Part shown: positions 37,008 to 47,807 of the stretch, in pieces
Layout: each line of letters opens with the position of its first letter
How positions within the stretch are numbered: position 1 is the first letter of the stretch
Assembly: GCA_963741955.1 (NCBI GenBank)
Contig: CAVUKB010000007.1
Location: 192,001-256,000, forward strand
Direction: 5' to 3'
Source of the DNA: an uncultured Acidobacteriota bacterium
GTDB lineage: Bacteria > Acidobacteriota > Thermoanaerobaculia > Gp7-AA8
DNA length: 64,000 nt
Program-made: the position numbers and the translations under genes
Notes under the pieces: model-generated
The model's database searches: none
What the model saw: the letters and a program-made list of their open reading frames with translations, nothing else
Told to the model about the DNA's origin: nothing

Positions 37008-37925
37008 TCACTCGATCGTCAGGACCGCTTTGCCGCTGAACGAGCGGTTCTCGAGCTCCGCAAGAAGTGAGGGGAGGTCGGTCCAGTCGCGCCGGCGTTC
37101 GATCTTCGGCTGCAGCCGTCCCGCGGCGACGAAGTCGAGAAGGCGCCGCAGGTCGTGCGCGCCGATGCGGCGGCTGTCGAGCTCTTCGAAGACGATCAGC
37201 CCGTAGATCGTCGCTGCGCCTTTCGCATAGAGCGTGCGCGGGTTGAAGACGGTCTCCTCTTCGGAGGAGTTGCCGATGGTGACGACCACGCCGCCGGGCG
37301 CAATCTTCTCGATCGCCGAGGCGAGCGAGCTTCCACCGACCGACTCGAGAACGAACGCGAACGGGCCATCGGCTTCGCCGACATCCGCGACGGCGGCGTG
37401 GGCTCCGAGCGCTCTGAGTGCGACTCGGCGGTCGGCGCTCGAGCTGACCGCAGTCACACGTGCCCCGCTCATGACCGCGAGTTGAATGGCGAGCTGACCG
37501 ACGCCACCCGAGCCGCCGGTGACGAGGACGTCTTTGCCGAGGATCGATCCGGCGACTTCGAGTGCGCGCATGACGGTGAGGCCCGCGATGGGGAGGGTCG
37601 CGGCGACGGTGACGTCGACCTCGTCCGGGACGATCGCGGCGTGTGCGGCAGGGACGGCGACGAGCTCGGCCCATCCTCCGCGGCTCACCATCGCGGCGAC
37701 GCGCGCTCCCTTCGCGGGGCCACGCCCGTTCGCTGCGGGCTTCTCCACGATTCCGGCGACGTCCCATCCGGGGACCAAGCCGTCGGACGCGCGCGCGGCG
37801 GTACGGATCTCGCCGCGATTGAGGGAAATGGCGCGAACGCGAACGAGGATCTCGTCAGTGCCGGGTGTCGGGTCTGCACTTTCGGCGAGATGGAGTTTTC
37901 CGGAGCGGACGGTCCAGGCTTTCAT
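37008..37925 (-). CDS. Zinc-binding dehydrogenase / quinone oxidoreductase (MDR family)
   Basis: VRVRAISLNRGE, PGWDVAG, VLVTGGSGGVG, GKAVL. RBS GGAGG. Confidence 0.9.
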   Translation of the reverse strand: MKAWTVRSGKLHLAESADPTPGTDEILVRVRAISLNRGEIRTAARASDGLVPGWDVAGIVEKPAANGRGPAKGARVAAMVSRGGWAELVAVPAAHAAIVPDEVDVTVAATLPIAGLTVMRALEVAGSILGKDVLVTGGSGGVGQLAIQLAVMSGARVTAVSSSADRRVALRALGAHAAVADVGEADGPFAFVLESVGGSSLASAIEKIAPGGVVVTIGNSSEEETVFNPRTLYAKGAATIYGLIVFEELDSRRIGAHDLRRLLDFVAAGRLQPKIERRRDWTDLPSLLAELENRSFSGKAVLTIE

Positions 37926-37972
37926 CGATGCCTCCGGGAGTCATTGTACGACCGAGGCGAGAGGCTCGATCG

Positions 37973-38198
37973 TCGTGGCCGAACTTTCAAGGATCCGGGG
38001 TCGAGGTTCAGGGTATTCGTGTGCCGACGCGTTGATCGTCTTCGCAGCGCGACTCCAGAAGTTTGGTGGTGGCTGCCGACTGGGGAGAGAGGCGCGGTTT
38101 ACCAAACTTTTGGAGCTCGGATTCGGGCAGCGAGCTGCGTGAGTGGATTGATTGGTGGTCCGAATGGCGGACCGGGGTGCTTGAAAGTTCGGCCACGA
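37973..38198. mobile_element. 226-bp terminal-inverted-repeat element, copy 4
   Basis: TCGTGGCCGAACTTTCAAG ... CTTGAAAGTTCGGCCACGA, with the same inner IR. Confidence 0.8.
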
Positions 38199-38204
38199 GG
38201 GTTG

Positions 38205-38275
38205 CCCCTCACCCTTCCCTCTCCCCGAAGGACGGTTCGCCGGCTGAAGTTGATTGTGTACCGACGGGGAGAGGG
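38205..38275. repeat. CCCTCACC..CCCTCTCCCC...GGGGAGAGGG palindromic repeat
   Basis: 11-bp IR CCCTCTCCCCG (38217-38227) / CGGGGAGAGGG (38265-38275), preceded by CCCCTCACCC. Confidence 0.5.
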
Positions 38276-38456
38276 TATCCGCCGCCCGACCCGGCGAGAG
38301 GAACCGGCGGCGACTGCGTTACGATCCATCGGCGAGCCCCGTCTCCCTCCCCGTCTCCCTCCCCGGTTCGAACGCCGACAGCATCGCTGAGAGCGCATCG
38401 TCTCGAAATCGCGCGACGATGGGGCGGTTCTCGAGTCCAATTCCATCGAGCAGTCT

Positions 38457-41189
38457 TCAGGCTTCGGATTCCTTCGCTTCGAGCTCCGCCTGCGCGAGGG
38501 CGAGGCGTGCGACGGGTACTCGATACGGCGAACAGGAGACGTAATCGAGTCCGACGGAGCGGAAGAACCTGATCGAATCGGGATCGCCTCCGTGCTCTCC
38601 GCAGATGCCGACTTTCAGTTTCGGGTTCGCGGCGCGGCCGCGCTCCGTCCCGAGGCGCACCAGCTGCCCCACACCTTCGGCGTCGATGGTCTGGAACGGG
38701 TCGCGCTTGAGGACTTTCTTCTCGAGATAGTCCGGAAGGAACGAGCCGATGTCGTCACGCGAAAAGCCGTACGTCATCTGGGTGAGGTCGTTGGTACCGA
38801 AGGAGAAGAACTCGGCGATCTCGGCGAGATCTCCGGCGATGAGCGCCGCGCGCGGAATCTCGATCATCGTACCGATGACGATCTGCACATCGCACTTCTC
38901 GCGCTCGACGATCTCTTTCGCCACGCGGGCGGTCATCTCGCGGGTGATCGCGAGCTCGGGAACGCTTCCGACCAGCGGAATCATCACTTCCGGATGAACC
39001 TCCAGTCCTTCTTTCCGGACCAGACAGGCGGCCTCGAAGATGGCGCGCACCTGCATCTCGTAAATCTCGGGGTACGTGATCCCCAGACGGCATCCGCGAT
39101 GACCGAGCATGGGGTTGGATTCGTGCAACTGTGCGACCTTGGCGCGGAGCTCGACGAAGCCCCAGTTCATGTCGCGGGCGAGGGTGGAGATCTGCGCTTC
39201 GCTCTGGGGGAGAAACTCGTGAAGGGGCGGATCGAGTAGCCGGATGGTGACCGGACGTCCCTCCAGCGCGCGGTAGATCTCGCAAAAGTCGTCGCGCTGG
39301 TAGGGGATGATCTTCTCCAGCGCGACGCGCCGGCCCTCTTCGTGGCGGGCGAGAATCATCTCCCGCACCGCGAGGATGCGCTCCTCCTGGAAGAACATGT
39401 GCTCGGTGCGACAGAGTCCGATTCCTTCCGCTCCGAACGCCACCGCGACTTGCGCGTCGCGCCCGGTATCGGCGTTGGTGCGGATGCCCATGGTGCGGAT
39501 CTCGTCCGCCCATTCGAGCAGCAGCTTGAAGTCTTCGTACAGCGGTGACTCCTCGGGCTTCATCGTTCCCTCGAGGAGCACCTGGGCAACTTCGGAGGGT
39601 CGGGTCTCCAGCCGGTCCACCAACACTTCGCCGGTGGTGCCGTCGATGGAGATCCAGTCGCCTTCCTGCAGCGAAGGATGGCCCTCGGCACGAATCTCAC
39701 CGCGGTTGTAGTCGACCTTCAGCGTTCCGCTGCCGACGATGCACGGCTTCCCCATTCCTCGGGCGACGACGGCGGCGTGCGACGTGAGTCCTCCGCGCGT
39801 GGTGAGGATGCCCGCCGCGGCGTGCATTCCGGCGATGTCTTCGGGAGAGGTCTCGATCCGTACCAGGATGACGGGCTCGCGTCCCTTTGCCAGTTCGACG
39901 ACCCGCTCGGCACTGAACGCGATGCGTCCGGAGGCGGCGCCTGGTCCGGCAGCGAGGCCGCGGGCCATCAGGCGGCCGGTCGAGAGTGCCTGCTCCTTTC
40001 CCTTCTGATCGAAGACCGGAGCGAGGAGTTGCAGGATCTGATTCGGCTCCACCCGCTCGACCGCTTCACGCGGCTGGATCAGCCCCTCTCGCACCATGTC
40101 GCACGCGATTCTCACTGCGGCGAGGCCGGTGCGCTTCCCGGTGCGGGTCTGGAGGAGATAGAGACGGCCGGCTTCGATGGTGAACTCGATGTCCTGCATG
40201 TCGCGGTAGTGCTGTTCGAGTTTTCCGTAGATCTCGAGCAGCTGCTGATACGCGTCCGGCATCGTCTCTTCGAGCGAGTTCGCTGCGCCGGCGGCGCGGT
40301 CCTTCGAGATCGGAAGGGGAGTGCGGATGCCGGCGACTACGTCTTCGCCCTGAGCGTTCGGGAGGTACTCGCCGTAGAATCGCTTTTCTCCCGACGCGGG
40401 ATCGCGGGTGAAGGCGACGCCGGTCCCGCAGTCGTTGCCCATGTTGCCGAAGACCATGGTCTGCACGTTGACCGCGGTTCCCCACTCGTCGGGGATTCTG
40501 TTCAGCCGCCGGTACGTGATCGCACGGGGGTTCTTCCACGAACCGAATACGGCACCGATCGCGCCCCAGAGCTGCTCGCGCACATCCTGCGGGAAGTCGT
40601 GTCCGATCTGCGAGCGAACCAGCTTCTTGTACGCGCCGACCAGTTCCTGCAGCGCCTCGGACGGAATCTCCGGATCGCTCTTCGCGCCGGATCGGTCGCG
40701 GGCTTCTTCCAGAAGCTCTTCGAACTCGTCGTGCTCGACGCCGAGAACGACGTCGCTGTACATCTGAATGAATCGGCGGTAAGAATCCCAGGCGAATCGG
40801 GGCTCACTCGCGGAGCGTGCAAGTCCTTTCACCGTCTCGTCGTTGAGCCCGAGGTTGAGGATGGTGTCCATCATCCCCGGCATGGACGCGCGGGCGCCGG
40901 ATCGTACCGAAACGAGAAGCGGCTTCTGCGGATCTCCGAACTTTCTCCCCGCCGCGTCTTCCAGCTTGCGAAGGTTGTCGTCGACTTCCTTCTGGAGCTC
41001 CGGAGGATACGTGTTGCCGTGCTGATCGAACCAGGTGCACGCCTCGGTGGAGATGGTGAACCCGGGAGGGACCGGAATGCCGATGTTGGTCATCTCGGCC
41101 AGTCCCGCTCCTTTGCCACCGAGCAGGTTCTTCATCGTGGCATTGCCGTCTGCTTTACCGTTGCCGAAGAAGTAGACGTATCGAGTCAT
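38457..41189 (-). CDS. ppdK: Pyruvate, phosphate dikinase
   Basis: YVYFFG, LLGGKGAGLAEM, LLVSVRSGARASMPGMMDT, GGLTSHAAVVARG (phospho-His), GLCRTEHMF, FSFGTNDLTQ, CGEHGG. True start is ATG 41189. Confidence 0.97.
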   Translation of the reverse strand: MTRYVYFFGNGKADGNATMKNLLGGKGAGLAEMTNIGIPVPPGFTISTEACTWFDQHGNTYPPELQKEVDDNLRKLEDAAGRKFGDPQKPLLVSVRSGARASMPGMMDTILNLGLNDETVKGLARSASEPRFAWDSYRRFIQMYSDVVLGVEHDEFEELLEEARDRSGAKSDPEIPSEALQELVGAYKKLVRSQIGHDFPQDVREQLWGAIGAVFGSWKNPRAITYRRLNRIPDEWGTAVNVQTMVFGNMGNDCGTGVAFTRDPASGEKRFYGEYLPNAQGEDVVAGIRTPLPISKDRAAGAANSLEETMPDAYQQLLEIYGKLEQHYRDMQDIEFTIEAGRLYLLQTRTGKRTGLAAVRIACDMVREGLIQPREAVERVEPNQILQLLAPVFDQKGKEQALSTGRLMARGLAAGPGAASGRIAFSAERVVELAKGREPVILVRIETSPEDIAGMHAAAGILTTRGGLTSHAAVVARGMGKPCIVGSGTLKVDYNRGEIRAEGHPSLQEGDWISIDGTTGEVLVDRLETRPSEVAQVLLEGTMKPEESPLYEDFKLLLEWADEIRTMGIRTNADTGRDAQVAVAFGAEGIGLCRTEHMFFQEERILAVREMILARHEEGRRVALEKIIPYQRDDFCEIYRALEGRPVTIRLLDPPLHEFLPQSEAQISTLARDMNWGFVELRAKVAQLHESNPMLGHRGCRLGITYPEIYEMQVRAIFEAACLVRKEGLEVHPEVMIPLVGSVPELAITREMTARVAKEIVEREKCDVQIVIGTMIEIPRAALIAGDLAEIAEFFSFGTNDLTQMTYGFSRDDIGSFLPDYLEKKVLKRDPFQTIDAEGVGQLVRLGTERGRAANPKLKVGICGEHGGDPDSIRFFRSVGLDYVSCSPYRVPVARLALAQAELEAKESEA

Positions 41190-41296
41190 GTGGTCTCTCT
41201 CGTTTTCCCGTCGATCTGAATTCGGGTGCGGTACGGATCCCGTGAGTCGTCCGGGCCAAGTGAATCCTAATGCGAAGAGGCCGGACGTGCCACCAT

Positions 41297-42544
41297 TCAG
41301 CGGGCGATCTCGAGGTCGGCGCGACTTTCCATCAGCCGGGCGATCCAGCTTTCGGGGGGACCGAGGTCTTTGGTGCTGCCGGCCGGAACGAACTGCACGA
41401 CGGAGAGGTCGATGCCGTGAGCGGCGAGCGCTTCGCGCAATGCGGCGACCTCCTTCTCGGCGAGGCGGAGGTTCTCGGCGGCAGTTGCCTGATGAAATTC
41501 GTGGATCACGATCCGCGGTGATTTCGTTCGGTAGCGGGCGATCAGGGCGGCAGTGAACGCGAGTCCAGCGGCGTTCGCGTGGGAGTCGAGTGAACCGTCG
41601 TTTTCGAAATGAAGCCCGTAAAGCCGATAGGAACCGAGTCGCCGGAGGAATTCGTCCGCGAGCCGCGAGTCGGGTGCGACTGACGCGCTCCCCTCTTTCC
41701 GGCCGAACCAGGAAGGTCCGGCAAAGAGGGGGGCGGGCCAGAGCCGGAACCACCAGACGGCATTCAGGGTGGAACTGTCCGGGGTCACGGTCATCGCGCC
41801 GCAACCGTATTCGGCTCCGCGCATCCAGACGAAGCGGATCATTTCGCCGTCGAGACCACCGTCCAGATGCATCTCGCCGGCGGTCGTTCGTACCGTGCCG
41901 GCGATACGATTGCCGGTCGAGCCGAAGCTCCCGCTGTCGTTGTTGAGCTTCCAGGTTCCGTCGACGGCGCCGATGGCCGGAGGCTCGAGAGGCTGGCCGC
42001 GCCCCTCGAGGAGTGCGACGGCTGCCTGTCGGGTCGATCCGGCGGTCTCGACGGTCGTGGCGCGGATGAAACGCGCCTCGACCGGGCCGGCCGTGAAGAG
42101 CTGATTCGGCCCCGGTTTCTCGAGCCTTACGGTAGTGAGCGGGTGAAAGTCCTTTCCGTCCTCCGACCATTCGTACCGGATCGTCCGCGCGCTGGCGGCA
42201 GGACTTCCGAACGGCGTGGAGAGGCCGACGTGGTCGATGCGACACTTTGCCGGAAGCTCGAACGTCATCGAAGCTTCGACGGTATCCGGAGGCGTGATCC
42301 ACATGCTGAGGGTGTTGCTGTCGACGGCCTGGATCGCGGAGCTGTCGAGAGACATCTCACCGCTGCGGTGCGTGACGACCACGCCGTGTGGAAGATTGAA
42401 GAGATTCTCGGAATCGTCAGGAAGAGATGTGGCGGTCTGCTCGGCCTTCACCGGCTTTACGGAGCTCGCGGCTTCCTCCACCTGTCGACATCCGGCCAAC
42501 AGAAGAAGAATTGGAACGGCGATCGCGACGGTGCGCAGGTTCAT
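41297..42544 (-). CDS. Lipoprotein with discoidin/F5-8C-like domain and degenerate OmpA-like C-terminus
   Basis: Lipobox LAGC; AIQAVD...W...ASMTFEL...EARFIR; C-terminal LYGLHFE..NLRLA..RADLEI. ATGA overlap with glyS. Confidence 0.6.
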   Translation of the reverse strand: MNLRTVAIAVPILLLLAGCRQVEEAASSVKPVKAEQTATSLPDDSENLFNLPHGVVVTHRSGEMSLDSSAIQAVDSNTLSMWITPPDTVEASMTFELPAKCRIDHVGLSTPFGSPAASARTIRYEWSEDGKDFHPLTTVRLEKPGPNQLFTAGPVEARFIRATTVETAGSTRQAAVALLEGRGQPLEPPAIGAVDGTWKLNNDSGSFGSTGNRIAGTVRTTAGEMHLDGGLDGEMIRFVWMRGAEYGCGAMTVTPDSSTLNAVWWFRLWPAPLFAGPSWFGRKEGSASVAPDSRLADEFLRRLGSYRLYGLHFENDGSLDSHANAAGLAFTAALIARYRTKSPRIVIHEFHQATAAENLRLAEKEVAALREALAAHGIDLSVVQFVPAGSTKDLGPPESWIARLMESRADLEIAR

Positions 42545-44648
42545 GATTCCGAGCTCTCGTACCCCTTCCGGTCGACCACGATGCGGGTCACGTCGGCGAT
42601 CCTGCGTGCGATGGTTCCGACATTCCGGAGGAGTGCGAAGCGGTTCTTCCGGACTTCGAGATCGTCGACCATCACCATGACCTCGTCGAAGAACTTCTCG
42701 ATCTCCGGTGCGAGCCCGGCGAACGATTCGAGTCCGCTCGCGTACTTGCCGTGAGCCGCGAGATCGTCGACCTGTTCACCCACGAGGCGCGACAGCTCGT
42801 AAAGGCGTTTCTCGGCCGGTTCGACGAACCGGCCGGCGTCGACAGCGGTCGACGTGGCGTCGCCGGTGATGTTGTCGATGCGTTTTGCAGAGTCGAGGAT
42901 GGAGAGGAAGAGGGGATCGCGGCGGACCTGCCGGAGCGCGGCGACGCGGTCCTGAAGGTCGGTCAGAGAGCTCGTCCACCCTGCGGCCATCGCTGCCGCG
43001 ATCTCGTCGTACGCAAAACCATGGACGCTCTCGAGGAGCGTTCTGACGCGCTCTGCGATGAACTCGACGAGGTGCTCGCGCGTTTCGCGCGGGTCGCTCC
43101 CCTCGATCTGGTAGCCTTCGATCGCGAAGTCGATGAGGCGTGACACGTCGAGCGGAAGCTGCCACGGATCGCGGTTGAGGAGGATCTGCACTGCTCCCTG
43201 AGCGGCACGACGGAGTGCGAAGGGATCTTTCGATCCGGACGGCTCGAGACCGATCAGGAAGAATCCGGCCAGAGTGTCGAGACGGTCGGCCAGCGAGACG
43301 ATCGCTCCGACCTCGGATCGCGGAAGCGGATCGTCGACACTCACCGGAGAATAGTGGTCGTAGATCGCCTGCCAGACCTCTTCCGAATACCCTTCCTCGC
43401 GCGCATAGATGCCGCCGATACGCCCCTGAAGATCGGTGAACTCTTTGACCATCTCGGTCGGGAGATCGACCTTCGCGAGCTCGGCTGCGTTCTGAACCAT
43501 TTCCTTCTTCGCGGCCGACCCCGATTCGGCTCGGATCTTTTCGGCCAGCACTTTCATCCGATCCGTCTTCTCACGGTAGTTGCCGAGCTTCTCCTGGAAC
43601 TGGAGATGTTCGAGATCGGAGAGGCGCTCGATCAGCGGGCGTTTGCGGTCGGTGCGGTAGAAGAAGTGCGCGTCGGCGAATCGGGCATTGGTGACGAAGG
43701 CATTGCCGCTGGCGGCGTTCCCATCGCGGTCGGCGTCGTTGTCCATCACCGCGAGAAACGAGTGAGTCAGCGATTCTTCGCTCCGGATCGGGAGCTGCTT
43801 CTGATGGACGCGCATCACGGTGATCAGGACTTCTTCCGGCAGCTCGAGGAAAGAAGAGTCGAACTCGGCGCGGACCAGACCGGGATACTCGGTGAGGAAC
43901 CGCCACTGCTCCCAGATCGTTTCGTCCCGCGCGGGGACTCCACCGACCTCGCTGGCGAGGGTGAGACTCGCGTCGCGCATCCGGCGAACCCGCTCGTCCG
44001 CGTGAACGATCACGTGCGCCTCTTCCATGCGGCGGACGTAGTCTTCGTATCCGGTGAGCTCAATCTCGCGACTGTCGAGGATGCGGTGCCCCCGAGTGGT
44101 GGTACCGGACGCAATCCCGAAGATTTCGATCGGCACCGGAGCTCCGTCGAAGATGGATACGACGGAGTGGACGGGGCGGATCCAGGAGTTGCCGGGACGG
44201 CCCCAGCGCATCATCTTCGGCCAGCGGAGTCCTTCGATGATCTTCGGGATGCGTGCAGCGAGAACCTCCGCGGCGGTGAGGCCTTTCACCGAGCGGCGCA
44301 GCCACACGTAATCGTCGTGGGTCGAGAGATCGTTGATCGTCGCGCCATTCTTCCGGAGGAATCCGAGCATGGCCGGAGTCGGATTGCCATGGTCGTCGTA
44401 CGCGACTTTGGCCGGAGGTCCCTTGACCTCCTCGTCGCGGTCGGCCTGTTTTTCGGGGAGTCCGGAGATCCGGAAGAAGATCCGTCTGGAAGTGGCATCG
44501 GCGAGGATCGCATCGGAGGCTGGATCGCTTCCGGTGAAATCGGTCACCAGTGTGCGGAGCTGTCCGGTGAGAGTCGCGAGGCGGCTCTCGAGCATCCAGG
44601 CGGGGATCTCTTCGGCGAGCAGCTCGAAAAAGTACTCCTTTTTCTGAC

Positions 44649-44652
<4 letters not shown>
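42541..44652 (-). CDS. glyS: Glycine--tRNA ligase beta subunit
   Basis: [57 protein letters not shown]. Confidence 0.95.
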
Positions 44653-45572
<920 letters not shown>

Positions 45573-45626
45573 GCGCGCGCATTCTAACTCGCAGCAGAAT
45601 CGATTGCACGGCGTCCCGGACGAGAT

Positions 45627-46337
45627 TCAGAGACGGAATGCGGCCGGAGGAGGAGCGGTCGACGTTTCCGTCGGTGGAGGCGGCTGCTCGTCCGGTTTCT
45701 TCTTCTTTTCGGGCTTCTTCTTCTCCGGAGAGGTCTGAGCCGGCGGCGGCGCGGTCGAAGTCGTCGTCGGAGCAGGTGCGGTCGACGTCGATGTCGGCGG
45801 CGGAGGGCTCGGAGCGGTGTCCGAAGGCGGCGGAGTGGCCGTCGTCGATGCGGTGGAGGTCGGAGCCGGGGAGGTCGGCGCCGTCGTGGTGGAGGTCGAA
45901 GTCGATTGCGTCGAGGTTGGTGCGTGCGTCGACGTCTGCGGCTCGGGCCGAGCGGGAGCAGGCGCGGGAGCAGGCCGTGGCGCAGGCGTCTCGGGGCGTG
46001 GCTCCGTACGGACGACGGGGGTGCCGGAACGCATCGGCATCTCCGGCTGCTGGTCGGGGAGGCGGGTCGCAAGCGACGGATCGGTCGAAGTGATGGTGGT
46101 ATCGGTGCCGACGATGCTGAACGCGGTGGTGGTGTCCGCATCGGTGTCGGTCATCGGGGGAGTCTCGAGGGTGGGAGCCTGTTCGCCCGGAGCGCCGATC
46201 GCGGTGCTGACACTTCCGCCGCTCCCCTCCTGTACCACGTCGTAATCCTGCTGTTTCGCGTCGCGTCGTCCGGTCCAGCCGCACGAGGTGACGAAGAGAA
46301 GAAGGACGAGAGAGCTGACCGCAAGGAGAATTTTCAT
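45627..46337 (-). CDS. Pro/Thr-rich low-complexity lipoprotein
   Basis: Lipobox VTSC, short folded-looking segment QQDYDVVQEGS, then a P/T/S-rich tail. Confidence 0.6.
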   Translation of the reverse strand: MKILLAVSSLVLLLFVTSCGWTGRRDAKQQDYDVVQEGSGGSVSTAIGAPGEQAPTLETPPMTDTDADTTTAFSIVGTDTTITSTDPSLATRLPDQQPEMPMRSGTPVVRTEPRPETPAPRPAPAPAPARPEPQTSTHAPTSTQSTSTSTTTAPTSPAPTSTASTTATPPPSDTAPSPPPPTSTSTAPAPTTTSTAPPPAQTSPEKKKPEKKKKPDEQPPPPTETSTAPPPAAFRL

Positions 46338-46496
46338 CAGGTTCGCCGGTGCCGCCGCGGGGGTGACGCGCCCGGGCGGACGTAATGGAAGAGTCGCATC
46401 ATTTGTGCCAGCCGACCAGGGACGGGAGAGTCTTTCTGTAACACGTTTGTAGGTGCGCGACCCGGTCGAAGAGAACTACAATGGATTCATTCACTT

Positions 46497-47804
46497 ATGC
46501 GATTCGCACTGAAGTTCGCGACTCTCGCCGGAGCGTGCTTCCTCATGTCCTGTTCGCTGTACAAGGACGTGTCGGTGACGCCTCTGCTGCTGATGCCGGG
46601 CGACATCGCGATGCGTGGGGTGGCGGTGCCGGAAATGGTGGAGGCGGGTGAATTCGCGCGCGCGGCGGCGCAGGCCGCGCGGATCGACGAGAAAGAGAAT
46701 CCGTCGCCGCGCGATCTGGCTGCACTCGGCCGTGCCGAGCTCGCCTGCGGCCGTCTGGATGCGGCGCGACGGCACCTTCGCGCTGCGCTCGATCTCAAGC
46801 CTTTCCACGCGGACATCGGCGACATCGGTTGGTCGATCTCTCAGACGGAATACCTGGCGAACAACTTCGCGGCGGCGTACGACTGGGCGAAGTTCGCCGA
46901 GGATCACGGACTGTCGCTCAAGCAGTGGCATCTCGATTACCTCAAGGCGCTCTCCAACGTGCAGATCAATCGGATCTCGTGGCCGGCGCCGGTCCGCGTG
47001 CCGCTGAACATCGGTAATCCCGACGTACCTCGCATCGACGTCGACGTGAATGACCTCGAGCGGACGAGCGGAGTGATCGACTCGGGGGCGGTTCTGACCA
47101 TCGTCTCGCAGTCATTTGCGAAGCGGGCGGAGATCCGGCCGCTGGGCGATTTCCGTGGAACCTTCTACGGGCTTCTCGGAGAGCCGATCGAAGTCCGGTT
47201 CGGGATGATCGACGGACTGAAGATCGGAGACCTTCTCGTCGAGAACGTTCCGGTCGCGATCATGCCGGATGAGAAGCTGAGCTTCTTCGTCAGTAAACGA
47301 CAGCCGTTCAAGATGGATCTCCTTGTCGGAGTGAACCTCCTCAAGGAGTTCCGCCTGGAGTTCGACTACCCGCAGGAGATGGTGACCCTCACGCCCTTGA
47401 CGACGAAGGACCGGAATCCCGCTCCGGATCAGAATCTCTTCTTCGTCGGCTTCCGGCCGTTCGTCTACGGAACGATCAACCGCAAGGGTTGGTACCTGTT
47501 CGTTCTCGACACCGGATCCGAAGTGACGTTCCTCAACGAGGGGCAGCTCGGGATGACCAACATCCGGGGGCTGCCTCGGTTCCACGGGGCGACGCTGCAG
47601 GGGCTCGGTGGAGCGCAGAAACGCGGGGCGAAGGTCGAGAACGTCCAGATCGGAGTCGATCGCTGGGCCGGCGATTTCAGGACCCTCCCGCTCTACGGCA
47701 ACGAGCAGAGTAATTCGATCGGAATACTCGGCGAGAACTTCCTCCAGAACTTCCGAGTGGTGATCGACTTCGGAACGATGCGGATGGAACTGCACCGGAA
47801 GTAA
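46497..47804 (+). CDS. Lipoprotein with TPR and two retropepsin-like aspartyl protease domains
   Basis: Lipobox LMSC; TPR-like helices; VIDSGA..LLVGVNLL and VLDTGS..GILGENFL. Confidence 0.85.
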   Translation: MRFALKFATLAGACFLMSCSLYKDVSVTPLLLMPGDIAMRGVAVPEMVEAGEFARAAAQAARIDEKENPSPRDLAALGRAELACGRLDAARRHLRAALDLKPFHADIGDIGWSISQTEYLANNFAAAYDWAKFAEDHGLSLKQWHLDYLKALSNVQINRISWPAPVRVPLNIGNPDVPRIDVDVNDLERTSGVIDSGAVLTIVSQSFAKRAEIRPLGDFRGTFYGLLGEPIEVRFGMIDGLKIGDLLVENVPVAIMPDEKLSFFVSKRQPFKMDLLVGVNLLKEFRLEFDYPQEMVTLTPLTTKDRNPAPDQNLFFVGFRPFVYGTINRKGWYLFVLDTGSEVTFLNEGQLGMTNIRGLPRFHGATLQGLGGAQKRGAKVENVQIGVDRWAGDFRTLPLYGNEQSNSIGILGENFLQNFRVVIDFGTMRMELHRK

Positions 47805-47807
47805 CGT

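Noticed and set aside
41190-42302. Apparent 370-aa N-terminal extension of PpdK (1281-aa ORF)
   Set aside because: It overlaps the real lipoprotein gene in another frame. PpdK homology starts at MTRYVYFFG (41189).
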